In this document: positions 1-13,023 of the stretch, one piece after another | Position numbering within the stretch: the first letter of the stretch is position 1 | Layout: every line of letters begins with the position of its first letter | Origin: Octopus vulgaris | Lineage: Eukaryota | Length of the DNA: 64,000 bases | NCBI GenBank assembly: GCA_951406725.2 | Contig: OX597822.1 | Span: forward strand, 66,402,001 to 66,466,000 | Reading direction: 5' to 3' | Translations under genes and position numbers: made by a program | The notes under the pieces: generated by a model | Databases searched by the model: none | What the model was told of the DNA's origin: nothing | Seen by the model: the letters and a program-made list of their open reading frames with translations, nothing else

Positions 1-428
1 GAGAAATGATTTTAGCCAATTAGGGGAAGTATCTGCACGATTCTTTTGTCTGATATTTACCAGTCTATTGTTAATCCAATAATGAAAATTGCGTAAATGT
101 GATAAGCATGAAATTTTGCGCCAATACCACGATAGAGACATTGCTTCATATTCTGGCTTATAATCATATATAAGTGCATTTGATTTCAGTTTGGATGCAG
201 GCTTAGCTGGGTGGAGGTGTTTATCTCCCCCTTGCAAACATAAGGACACAAGAGATGTGTCAAGGCCGACAGGAAGCGTTGCTTCTTCCTAGGGCTAAAT
301 AACTGTAGTATGATTCCCTTCATGGGACTGACATATGCATTTGATTTATTTCATTAAAAGTAGAGTCATACCGAAGAAAACATTATCATTGCAAATCTTT
401 ATCGTAGAAAAATAATGAAATTTTAAAC

Positions 429-492
429 TACCAGCCAATATCGGAATACTGTAGTACTAGCCAACATCGGAATACTGTAGAACTAGCCAACT
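429..492. repeat. 26-bp tandem repeat, about 2.4 copies
   Basis: (a)ctagccaacatcggaatactgtag unit repeated head-to-tail. Confidence 0.8.
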
Positions 493-1233
493 AAGGTTTC
501 TTCTAGACAATCAAGATTGAAATACTAAGAACAAATATGATGATAACACAGAGATGTGTAGTTATATAGAAGTATTTTGAAACACACATATGATAACCAA
601 ATTTTTTATACTTACAAGATTGTGAAAAAAATAAAAACACGTAAAAACACGCAAGCACATTATCATCGTGAATAAACAAAAGAGCTAAAAAACATTAAAA
701 TAAAGTAATGTTTAACACCGTTGATGGTTACACGGGAAGCCATATTATATATGACAGAAACGTAACGAGTAGAATGATGGAAGCATATTAAATGCTGCCA
801 AGTAAAAAAATAAAAATGTATGAAAATGTAGTTGTTTGTCCCTTCCGTTATTTAAATACAGACTTTGTTTTTTATATCTAATTTCCATCTTAAATCTCCT
901 TAGATCATACACAACATAAACATCGTCCTATATTATTGCTTTCTTTAAACTTGTGAGTTTTCTAAGCGTTGTTTGCTGGTTCAACGACAGCTTTCCTCTT
1001 CCAGAAAAGTAACTCGGTGTACCGAGGGAAAAGCTGAAATGAATTCCTTGATTTCCCGATTCTGTCTTTCACTTCATTTTAAAATGTCGCTATTTCCTAA
1101 TCTTTTAACAACATCCTTTAACCATAAATTAGAATTTAGCTATTCAGTGTTGTTACCAATGTCTACTCTCACAAAATCGCTGTGACTTTGGTAGGTTATG
1201 AACCTGGAATATATATATATATATATATATTTA

Positions 1234-1450
1234 ATACATATGAGAGGGATGACCACTATTTGGACAACCCTTATGCTAGGACTAGATCCGCATAAGTAGA
1301 GCTAGCATAGGGGTTGTCCACATAGTGGTCAGTCCTCTCATATGTATGTAATACAATTTACTGAACCTTCAGATTTTAATATGCTAGACCACTGGTTTTA
1401 AATTGAAGCTAATGAAATTAATATCCAATTTTTCACCCTCATTTCAAATA
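1234..1450. repeat. Dispersed repeat copy with a 46-bp inverted duplication (hairpin 1234-1347)
   Basis: Arms 1234-1279 and 1302-1347 are about 42/46 complementary; 1302-1450 is homologous to about 16919-17065. Confidence 0.75.
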
Positions 1451-1484
1451 TATATATATATATATACACTACACACACACGCAC

Positions 1485-1547
<63 letters not shown>

Positions 1548-1551
<4 letters not shown>

Positions 1552-1706
1552 TGACTGTGTGGTAAGTAGCTTGCTAACCAACCACATGGTTCCGGGTTCA
1601 GTCCCACTGCGTGGCATCTTGGGCAAGTGTCTTCTGCTATAGCCCCGGGCCGACCAATGCCTTGTGAGTGGATTTGGTAGACAGAAACTGAAAGACACCT
1701 GTCGTA

Positions 1707-1753
<47 letters not shown>

Positions 1754-1972
1754 ATGTGTGTGTTTGTGTGTCTGTGTTTGTCCCCCTAGCATTGCTTGAC
1801 AACCGATACTGGTGTGTTTACGTCCCCGTCACTTAGCGGTTCGGCAAAAGAGATCGATAGAATAAGTACTGGGCTTACAAAGAATAAGTCCCGGGGTCGA
1901 TTTGCTCGACTAGAGGCGGTGCTCCAGCATGGCCGCAGTCAAATGACTGAAACAAGTAAAAGAGTAAAAGAG
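1548..1972 (+). mobile_element. SINE family A (tRNA-derived head, CORE-like segment), near full length
   Basis: Head gtggtaagtagcttg...ggttcagtccc (A/B boxes), CORE-like tcttgggcaagtgtctt, internal (TA)n(TG)n, tail ggcggtgctccagcatggccgcagtc...gtaaaagag; many copies in window. Confidence 0.9.
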
Positions 1973-2003
<31 letters not shown>

Positions 2004-2443
2004 TACGCACACACACATATACATTTATATATACACCACACACACACACATATATATATAGCGTCAAACTAATGCACATGCTTGTTGTTCATACACCTGT
2101 CTTGATCTTTGTTCTTGTATAAATTTCAACTATATATATATACATGGAAACATGTACATCTGTGTAGATATGCACGTATTCAAGTGTATATAAGTATGAG
2201 CATATATGCATAAATACATATGTGCGCATATATATATGTTTTCTTACTTTCTAATCATCTTATAATAATGACTTTTATGACTTTTATTACTACCTCAGTC
2301 CATCTAAATGTATATATCTGTCGTTACCTTTCATAAAAAGCCTTTTCTTTTTTTATTTACAATGTGCATTTTCGTTGATTTTTCTTATTTTCCCCTTACA
2401 TTTCCACGTGTATTTTATATTTTCTTTTTGTAACATATTTCTA

Positions 2444-2551
<108 letters not shown>

Positions 2552-2589
2552 ATGTGTATGTATGTATCTATTTATCTATCTACTTCTAT

Positions 2590-2736
2590 GTATAGCGGTA
2601 CTTCACCAGGGACCAATAGAATAAATACCATTGCTGAATGATAAGCACTGGAATCGATTTGGTCGACTAAAGACCCTTCAATGCGGTGCCCCAGCATGAC
2701 CGCACTCCACTGACCGAAACAAGTAAAAAAAAAAAA
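2590..2736 (+). mobile_element. Degenerate SINE A-type 3' half
   Basis: gcggtgccccagcatgaccgcac...gaaacaagtaaaaaa. Confidence 0.7.
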
Positions 2737-3454
2737 TATTGATAAAAATGATGAATTTGGATATAGAGAACAGCTTTTCTTTCCGACATTTGAAATGATT
2801 GATATAAAATACATAAATCTGAAGCATTCGACTTTTCTTACAGTGTATATGTGTGTTTGAATCAGTGTTTAGATGTGTGTTTAGGAGACAGAGTAAGACA
2901 TGTGAAAGTGAATGAGAAAAAGAAAGTGATAGAGTGAACGAGAGAGAAATGAAAGACAGAGGAATATAGATGAAAAAATAAGAAGCTGATAGGAGACAAT
3001 AATATTCAGACCAACTGCTTCCAACAATACTAACAAATCGATATTGTAGTGTAAAGTTGATGATAAACAATTTCTTGAGGGCTCTTCAACTTATTTAAAT
3101 TCCCCTCGCTTGCAGCTCTTATCAATATTTGAGACGTTCTTGAAAATAATTGAGTCTTACTGTTTACAAGCAGATTTTGTACACAGTAAAATATGACGTT
3201 GGGGAAGAGGAAGACAATAATTGAATTATGAATGCGCATAGATTTTCCATTCTCTCTCTCTCTCTCTCACTCTCTCTCTCTCTCTGTCACTCTTTCTCTC
3301 TCTCTCTCTCTCACTCTTTCTCTATCTCTCTCTCTCTTACTCCTCTCTCTCTTACTTCTCCCTCTTTTCTTGGCACGAAGTACAATGGCTGCTATTGAAG
3401 TGTATGTATGTATTATGTATAAATGCATGTGTATATTTAGATTTACAAATCTCT

Positions 3455-3505
<51 letters not shown>

Positions 3506-3568
3506 CATATACACAAATGCAGATACTCAAATATACATACATATATATCCATATATACATACATATAC

Positions 3569-3635
<67 letters not shown>

Positions 3636-3698
3636 CATACACACAGATGCAGACACACAAATATACATACAAATATATCCGTATATACATACATATAC

Positions 3699-3752
<54 letters not shown>

Positions 3753-5379
3753 GCACACACACAAAGATAGAGAGAGAAAGGGAGGGTGAGAGAAGGACGG
3801 AGAGTTCAATACACATGTGCATACACATATCTGCATGTGTTTGAAATTGTAATTACATGAAACACATGGAAAACGTAACAAAATCATTGATAGACATTGA
3901 ATCATAAAAATCGTAGGAAATAAATATATTGAGCAATTTTAATCTTATTATCATATACGTTTTTTTCTTTTTTTTTTTTAGAATTTTTTTAAAGTGTTTT
4001 CCTGCATGATGTTATTTTGAACACTTTATCACACCGGTAATCATTTTCATAGAAAGATATAATACCATTTGGCTGCTGGTGTTCTTGTCTTTATTGTTAG
4101 TTGGTTCTATATTTATACATTTTACAGTGTTTTATGTATTCAATTAATTAAAATTTCCCTTAACGAGTTGAACTTGCTTTGTGTCAATAGATTGTTGTTG
4201 TTGCTGCTATTTCTGTTTATCCTTAGATGGTTCTGTATTATTTTTGTATATCCAGCATCTACACTGCATCAGGTTTCTTTTTCTTTTTTTAAAGAAATTT
4301 GGATTTAATATGATTGGAATTTGGCTTGTGTCTCGAACAACAAACGTAGCTGTGTAGACAGTATTCCTTCATAGACAGGCGATGGTTTGACTCTCGTCCT
4401 TGGCACTGCTCATCTCTCAATATCATCAATTCCTACGTGTATTCGAGTTTGGCAAGGAGATGTAATTTTTTGAATAATCGCAGGAAAACGGAGTAATAGG
4501 TAAAACATAATTTTCAGTATTACGTTTCAAGTTAAAACTCACAAATGATTTTTTAAAACAAGAAATGAGGCAATCCATCGAACCTGATTCTTGCGCAAAG
4601 GCATTTTATGAAACTGGTCATTTCATAGGCTCAACGGTTCAACTGATTTGAAATTTCATTTAACTATGTGGAGTTGCTGAATTACTAACCATGTTTCTAT
4701 TGGTTGATTCTAATTGAGGAACATATTATTTATTTATAGATATTTAATTACCCTGAAGGCCTTCGCATTTATTAATTCTGTTGAAGTTGTTTAAATTCTG
4801 GTCATACATAGTAAAGCAGAGCTGTTATCAAAGTTCATTTAAGTCGTGACCATCAGTTTCAGAAATAGAATTTCTATTAACATATTAACCCAAAAGGCGT
4901 ACAGCGTTTTTTAAGGTGATAGACTATTAATTGCGTGACATTTGATTCCTATATTTAGATATGCGATTATATATAAATTCACTCGTAGAAGCCATTTCAA
5001 CTGATCTATGCTTTACGCTGAATTTAATAGTGATACTAAATTCTAATTTCATCCAAGTACTATTCGATTTTTTCTTATAGTTCTCCGCACAGCTATTGCA
5101 TTGAGTATTGTAGTAAGGATAAAATTGATAAACTACAGAGTTTAACTTTTCTGGCAAGTGATTTGGTGTCAAATCATATGTTGTGATTGAAATTATTAAC
5201 ATCATAGGGGAATCATTTTAGCCATTTCAGAACATACAAAAGAACTACTATATCAATTCTTCATTCAGTCTGTAATAGTAAAATGTATTTCTAAATCTCA
5301 TGAAGGATCGACACATCTCTCCGACCTAATCAATAACAGAACTACATTGTCTTGGAGATGAAATTCAGCAACAACTTCA

Positions 5380-6150
5380 CTTCCATAGAAGGTGGTTCTT
5401 CAGATATAAATGGAATGAAGACTACAGACATTTTTGTCCTCAGTGACATGATACAAAAAGCAAAAGAGAAACTAATTTCAGAGGAAATAAAATATTTATT
5501 TAAAAATCTCACCATGAAAAATATAGTTGATAAACTTATACGGCTGTAATGGTGTCTAGTTTAGGTTCATATCAAATCAGATAAATTCTAATTCTGGCAA
5601 AAGAAATGGATAAAAATTGTTAAAGGAAACGTCTCTGCTTTAGATAAAAAAAAATGAATGAAATTTAAAGACAAAAGAAAGAAGTACATGTATCTGAACT
5701 CGGTATCAAGATTCACAATGGCGTATACATGAATGTCAAAGTGAGAATGGATGGGGATAAAATGGAAATGAAAAGGAAAGCAGAGGGAAATTATGTATCA
5801 ATGATGTGGAAGTAGTTGTCATGACCATATAGGGAAAATATACTAAACAATAGAAAGATTCAAGAGAGCGGGAGAAATGTCATAAGGAAATATATAGACT
5901 CTAGAATTATATATTTCTAAAGAGCACAGTTGAAGAAATGATATAGATTTATAGAAATAAATCATTGTAAGGGTCAAGTTGAAAGATAGATTTCATAAAA
6001 TCCTTTGAATCATGTATAACATGGAACAAGTTAAAAGTGATGGAGATCACAACAGATGTGTTTGGGTTACGGAAGAAAAATACCAGGTACAAATATTTGA
6101 AGTTTGGGAAGAAAATATTTCCAGAAAAATTATGTAAATATACATGAATC
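5380..6150 (+). pseudogene. Highly decayed non-LTR retrotransposon RT remnant (RTE/L2-like)
   Basis: TTDIFVLSDMIQKAKEK (ORF 5352) and DFIKSFES near 5989 resemble the RT motifs TTDxIFxL and DFxKAFD. Confidence 0.35.
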
Positions 6151-6954
6151 ATTGATGGATCAAGTTGTAGTTTTTACAAAGTGTTGATAAAGATATTCCT
6201 ACAGAAAAGGATGTTTCCGGTTTTCGACTGAGAAGAAAACCTTTTCTATATTAAATGACAATATTATCATAATCATCTAATTTAAAAGACTGTATGTAAA
6301 TATGAACCGGGTTTCCAACTACCTTCTATAAATTTCTATATTGCTATATTCGTAAACTCAAAGCGATATTTTAAATTCCTTTGGAACTATAAGCACGGAT
6401 TTGAGTGCCTCTTAACGCTCATTTCGTTTATTTGATGTCTTTACTTCAATCCGAATTTCGCTCTAAAAATTTATTCATGCTCTCCCAAACAACACTTACA
6501 ATGTTCGTAAAATTCCTACTAAACTCCTCAAGATGTCTGGTAGCTTTGCTATTTTCGTAGCGTAAATTTCCCCATTTATCTATTTCTCGTTTTCTTCATA
6601 AACTTCTTCAAATTATTTTCTCCGTCTCCTTCCTAAGGGTGGAAGATATTCAATGAAATATTTTTGCTTCCTCTCACTGAAAATGGAATCGCTTACTAGA
6701 TTTCACAAAAATGTAATTCACATTAGTTGAAACTAATTTGATTTGCTACAATGAATATACGGTATACATGACAACATAGTAAACATAACAAGAAAACATG
6801 CGAGCATCAATACAAAACTTCTCTAGAGGAAGCTACATTCGATTGAGTAGTTGCCAGTCATGAGCTAAACAACTTTTCATTTAACCCACAAGGATTCAAA
6901 GCAAATTCCCTCACAAATGTTAAAATATATTATCTAAATATATATCTAAAGCAT

Positions 6955-7094
6955 ATAGGCGTAGGAGAGGATTTGTGGTAAGCAGCTTGCTTACCAGCCA
7001 CATGGTTCCGGGTTCAATCCCACTGCGTGACACCTTGGGCAAGTGTCTTCTACTATAGCCTCGGAACGACGAAAACAGAAAGAATCACGTCGTA
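6955..7094 (+). mobile_element. SINE A 5' portion
   Basis: ccacatggttccgggttcaatcccactgcgtgacaccttgggcaagtgtc. Confidence 0.85.
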
Positions 7095-7432
7095 TATATG
7101 TATATATATATGTATATATAATACTTAGAGGTATTACTTCCACTGCTACGACCATGACCACTAACAACAACAACAATACTAAAGGTGATCAAGACGAAGA
7201 TAGCAGGAAAATTATCTTATTTAGGGTTAAAAGTTCTATTGCCACCACCATCACCACTAGCAACAATAATTAAGGTGCTGACAATGATGATGATGACAAT
7301 TGAAATATAAAAATATAAAAATCTCTGACAAAGGATATTTACAACATTTCTAAAAATAACCTAACAATTGCTGCTTCGGCCAGGGTCAAGATACAGGACT
7401 CTTGACCTGTCCAACAAAGCGTGATGCCTAAA

Positions 7433-7546
7433 CCAATCAGCTCAACCAACCAATCAGCTTAAGTAATTGAGTGATACTACACACTGATTGGTCAGAATAC
7501 AGTTTGCAAAACCTAGCACTCTGGAGCCTACCCAGCTGTATTTATA
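7433..7546 (+). promoter_or_regulatory. Cluster of three CCAATCAG boxes followed by a TATA-like motif
   Basis: ccaatcag at 7433 and 7450, ctgattgg at 7484, tatttata at 7539; motif match only. Confidence 0.3.
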
Positions 7547-7859
7547 GCACAGAATCACTCATCTTGCTACAGTCAAAAATTGTGAAGCATGACTGTCAAC
7601 ACTACTACATGAACCCGAAGATTGCAGAATTCAATGCATGAAAGTACTAGTTCAATCAGAATGAATATTTAACATTCTACTATTTCATTTTATTTTATTC
7701 AATTATAATATATTATCTTATAATATATCATTATAAGATTGTAAATAAAACGTGAAAATCAGACAAGGTTGGAATTCTTTTTATTAATATATATATATAT
7801 ATATATATATATCTATATATATATATATATATGCATATGTATTTATATGTATGTATGTG

Positions 7860-8080
7860 TGCGTGTGTGTGTTTGTGTGCCTGTGTTTGTCTCCCAACAT
7901 CGCTTGACAATCGATGCTGGTGTGTTTAGTCCCCATAACTTAGCGGTTCGGCAAAAGAGATCGATAGAATAAGTAGTAGGCTTACAAAGAATAAGTCCTG
8001 GTGTCTATTTGCTCGACTAAAGGCGGTGCTCCAGCATGGCCGCAGTCAAATGACTGAAACGAGTAAAAGAGTAAAAGAAA
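7860..8080 (+). mobile_element. SINE A 3' half
   Basis: catcgcttgacaatcgatgctgg...ggcggtgctccagcatggccgcagtc. Confidence 0.85.
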
Positions 8081-8104
8081 TAACTAAATACCGAAAGCAA
8101 TACA

Positions 8105-8270
8105 TTGGTTTCAAATTTTGACACAAAACTTGACTAAATCAATTACATCGATTCCAGTGCTTTCATCCTCGAAAGAAAGAAATACAAATTCAATTTCAAG
8201 AAAGCTTGAACTCAGAACATAGAATGGACGTATAAGGCATTTCGCCTTATATGTAACATTTTACCAATTC
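8105..8270 (-). mobile_element. Degenerate SINE B (Meta-domain) copy
   Basis: ttgaactcagaac and atcgattccagtg match the reverse complement of family B. Confidence 0.5.
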
Positions 8271-8767
8271 CGAACAGGAATTGGCTCTGAATGGCAAATA
8301 CCTAAAATTAAAAACTTAGAACACTATTCTATTTCTGGATGTGCAATTCCTTTACAAGAGTCTTAAAATGATATTTTACACAATTGTAAGTTAATACACA
8401 AATTCTGAAAATGTACGCATATACATATATATATACGTTTTGATTTATTTCATTATACGCTGATGTATTTATTTGTTTATGTACTTATTTCTTTATTTCC
8501 TTTTAATTAATCATGGTTCCTTTCACAAAGAAAAGTCTCGGTATATGTTTATATTAGTTAGCTTCCGTTGTTTATATCCCTAGGTAATATAAAGAGCATT
8601 GCAACAAAATTACTCCAGAGCAACATAGCCCCACATTTATATGCACGTATGTGTGTCTAAACAAACATATATATATATATATATATAAATATATATATGC
8701 AACGAAACAACACTATAGCAACATAGCCCCACATATATATATGCATGTATGTATGTCTAAACAAACA

Positions 8768-8813
<46 letters not shown>

Positions 8814-8960
8814 CGTATATATATATATATGTGTGTGTATATATATATGTATATATACATACATGTATGTACATATATACATATATATATACATACATAT
8901 ATTTGTGTGTGTGTATATATATATATATTGACACACACACATGTATACATACACACAGAC

Positions 8961-9064
<104 letters not shown>

Positions 9065-9945
9065 CTATCTTTATATATAGCATCCAGCTACCGGCACGTT
9101 TTCTTCTTTCTCGCGTCTCATTTCTCCTCGTTGTTTTGTATTAAAACTTTACTTGATGTACATTCTGTTCGGTTAGAACCAGCTATATATTGTCTGCGTC
9201 CTTAAGCTTCTAAGCAATTTACTCATTTCAATAAGAAAAACAGACGACATATTCTCAGTACCATTGCAAATCATGCCGGCTCTACCTCCCACCATGACCA
9301 CTACTCCCGATATACAAAGCCCACGAGTGGTATATTTCAATACCAATTAGTTCTATTTACATATGCCATTTGTAACCGAGTTGTTCGAATTCCCTGAGGA
9401 ATATTATTAGTCCCATCAATCATATGAAACAATGTTGATTGTCATTGCTTGGTGTCTCTCCTATTAATATTTTCTAGACATTAGTCCACAAGTAAATAGA
9501 TACGTAATTCACATAAAAATCTATCTAACAAAAAACAAAACTTTCTACTTTTATAAAAAAAAGTAGACGGCAGAATATATTTCAGACACATATGTAAACA
9601 CACCGTAATATACACACATATAAAATATAGAGAGTATATATATATATATATATTATGTGGGTGGGTATCAGTATATGTGGTGTGTGTGTATGCATGTATT
9701 ATGTTTGTATATGGGTATGACATAACTGAATCTAGAAGTGGTGCGTTGCTTCGGGAATTCGGGGTTTTGAGGATTCTGCAACCGTCTCTTAGCTTATATT
9801 TAGCCCATATTTACTCTAACCAAGGCTGCATATCCACAGGCGCTGCAGCTGAAACATGTGTTGGTTCGGTGAATATACTGTAAATAACTGTGAAATAAAG
9901 TTTATGGATGTGAAAAAATCTTAATTCCTTTACTCATTAGGAATG

Positions 9946-10050
<105 letters not shown>

Positions 10051-10123
10051 TAGATAGGTAGATAGATATATATTATATATATATATATAATATATTATAT
10101 ATATGCATGTATACATACATATA

Positions 10124-10176
<53 letters not shown>

Positions 10177-10267
10177 ATATATATGTATATATACATGTAT
10201 ATATTGATGCAGGACTACAAAAAATCGTGATCAAAATGAGAAACGAGATAAAAAAATACAAAACCAT

Positions 10268-10486
10268 GGGACAGGAGTGGTTGTGTGGTATGTAGCTTGC
10301 TTGCCAACCACATGGTTCCGGGTTCGGTCCCACTGCGTGGCATCTTGGCCAACTGTCTTCAACTATAGCCTCGGGCGACCAAAGCCTTGTGAGTGGATTT
10401 GGTAGGCGGAAACTGAAGTGTGTGTGTATGTTTGTGTGTCTGTGTTTGTCCCCCAAACATCGCTTGAAAACCGATGATGGTGTGTT
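10268..10486 (+). mobile_element. SINE A 5' two-thirds
   Basis: Same head and CORE-like sequence as the 1548 copy. Confidence 0.85.
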
Positions 10487-10523
10487 ATATATATATATGG
10501 AGTGGCTGTGTGGTAAGTAGCTT

Positions 10524-12644
10524 CCTAACCTTTGTCGGAGACGGACGTGTTTGTTTTTGGTGGGGAGTTCTTGCTGCTTGATGTCACGTCTTTCGTCGTG
10601 AAATATTGAATTTTGAGGCTCGACTACAGATAGGCGTTTGTTGTATTTTTTTGAGGGCTTAGTGGAGGTTCTTGCCCTGTATTTAATATTCTTTGGTGAG
10701 TAATAGACTCCACTCTGCCTATAAAGACTAACTTTGCAGTGAGAATTGTGTTTTTGAGGAGGTGTAGCCCCTCCGCAAAAGTTAATTTCTTTGCGAAAAT
10801 TATCTTCGTGTTTGCGGATTACCAAGGAGTACCAAAACAGGAGTACCAAGGATTACCAAGGCAGGAAAGACTGTTTTTGCAAGGTGGACGTGAGTGTGTT
10901 GGCTCTGGCCAATACTGAACTGGAAAAAAAAGAACAACATCAGCATAATACCGTAGAGACAGGTGGATGTTTTCGGTTGAGCTGGGTGTAATTTGTCAAA
11001 TAGTAATTGATTGTGTGTTGGTAAATTTCGCCCAGCTCCGTGGCAATTCTGCCTGCTCTCGGCGGCTGCTCTTTTGTGAATTTAGTGTGAATTTTTTGGA
11101 TTCATTTTCAAAAAACAGTGAAGGGGCGTATCCTCGCCCGAATGATTAGAGCCTGTTACAGTTGCTGTTGCAGTTACCGTTGGCTGTAGCCAGTATTGTG
11201 TTTGGATTTATTGGATTTCTTTTACCAATTACGGGAAAAAACAATTCATACCAAGGAACCTATCTACGTTTGGTCGGGAGTACCTGTGGGCCAGGAAATT
11301 GGATTTTTGCTGAGTGAATTGTTTTCCCTTTTTTTCCGTCTACCCTTCCTGTTTTGTTTTGTTTTTTTATTTTTGAACTGTTTAATTATTTTTTGAAATT
11401 TCTTTACTATATTTTTTCTGTTTCTGTTAACTTTTGTGTACCAGTTTTGCAACGGTCTGGTTGCTGTTTGGTACCCCCGAGGAGGCTGACAAATTTGCCA
11501 GGAAGCCCCTTGAGGGGAATGAAATTTTGCTTCTCCCCACGTATTGTGGGAGGAAGATAAAAAGAGCCTGGGTATGCGGGCTGCCCCCGGGCACGGAGGG
11601 GAGATGGATCGAAGATACGATCCGGCGAGGCCTGGGGGATAGCGGGCACAGGCTATTGAGGGTGGATGTTGCTCCTGCGGTCGACTGGGAGGGGTCAAAG
11701 GCAACTTTGACCCTGTGGACCCCGGTGGCCGTGGGAGATATAACATTCCCAGACTTCTTAAAACTGGCCGGGTACAGGTACCCGGTGATACTTGAGAGAC
11801 GCTCTCCCCTCAAGTGTGACCTGTGTCTGGAGCCTGGCCATATCAGGAAAAACTGTGTCAAGGGCCGTGGTAAGGCCCTGCAGCATGAAAAAGAGAAAGT
11901 GCCCGCCGCCCCTTCATTAGAGGGGGAGACGGTGGAAGTCGTAGAGGAAGTTGCCTCCACGAAAAGAAAATGAAAGGTGAGCAACGCTCACCAAAGAATG
12001 TACAGGCGGCGGAGGAGGGTAGCGACCCCCGCGTCTGTTGACGCAGCCCGCTGCTCCAGCAGCCTCAAAAAGAAAGAGGAAAAAGAGGAGCAGAGGACAG
12101 TCGGAGGATGTTCCTAGGCCGCCGACGGATAGGGCTCCGTCAGTGGGAAGTGTGCCACTGACGGATCAGTGTGAGGTCCCTTCCTGTGAAGAGGAGGTGT
12201 TTATCCTCCTTTACCACGAGGGAAGGACGGTGAAAAATTTTTTGGACGGCTTGGGTGACCGAGAACGTATGGATACGGTCTGCTCAAGTAGTCCGTTATG
12301 ACCTCCGCAGGTGGCTGCGGAGGTAGTAACGGAAAACATTTTGTCAAAGGTCACAGCGGGGGACCTGACAAGGAGAATTGTTGTAAATCTATGTGCTGCC
12401 CTTGTGGAAAATTAAATGAAAGAAAGTGGCTTGTAAGAGGTTTTAGTGCCTCCTTCTTGTAAGAGGTTTGAAACCTCATATTGATTTAAAAAAAAAAAAG
12501 AAAAAATGTTTTCGAGAAAAATCCAATCGGCGGGCGTTGAGCTTCGTCTCTCATTTATTTATTATATTTCATTTTCATTCATTAATGTGTTTGCCCAGCC
12601 CGCAAAGCTCTTTGTACTGTCTATATGACAAATTTTATGAAATA
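10524..12644 (+). mobile_element. 2.1-kb ORF1-only (HAL1-like) non-LTR insertion splitting a SINE A head
   Basis: SINE A reads ggagtggctgtgtggtaagtagctt (10499-10523) and resumes at 12645; aagtagctt is duplicated at 10515-10523 and 12645-12653; ends in AATAAA; no RT or endonuclease sequence seen. Confidence 0.75.
11434..12301 (+). pseudogene. L1/Tx1-type ORF1 (RRM-like region plus CCHC zinc knuckle), disrupted
   Basis: AWVCGLPPG...FPDFLKLAGYRYPVILERRSPLK-CDLCLEPGHIRKNC (CX2CX4HX4C), then a basic tract KRKRKKRSR in another frame; the frame opens on TTG with no ATG and stops at 11973. Confidence 0.75.
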
Positions 12645-13023
12645 AAGTAGCTTACTTATGAACCACATGGTTCCGGGTTAAGTCCCACTGCGTGGTACCT
12701 TGGGCAAGTGTCTCCTACTATAGCCTTGGGCCGACCAAAGCCTTGTGAGTGGTCTTGGTAGACGGAAACTGAAAGAAGCCTGTCGTATATATGTGTATAT
12801 ATATGTATGTGTGTTTATATGTTTCTATCTGTGTTTGTCCCCCTAACATCGCTTGACAACCTACTGTGGTGTGTTTGTGTCCCCGTAACTTAGCGGTTCG
12901 GCACAAAGAGACCGATAGAACAAGTACTAGGCTTACAAAGGAATAAGTCATGGGATCGATTTGCTTAACTAAAGGCGGTGCTCCAGCATGGCCACAGTCA
13001 AATGACTGAAACAAGTAAAAGAG
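12645..13023 (+). mobile_element. SINE A remainder (host of the 10524-12644 insertion)
   Basis: Continues the head interrupted at 10523. Confidence 0.9.

Noticed and set aside
3232-3905. Long ORFs rich in YI/HT/CV/LS (also 8651-9205, 63371-63997 and many others)
   Set aside because: Translations of stop-free dinucleotide microsatellites, not genes.
10073-10849. 258-aa minus-strand ORF
   Set aside because: Spans the antisense of an element leader, a SINE and (TA)n; no domain.
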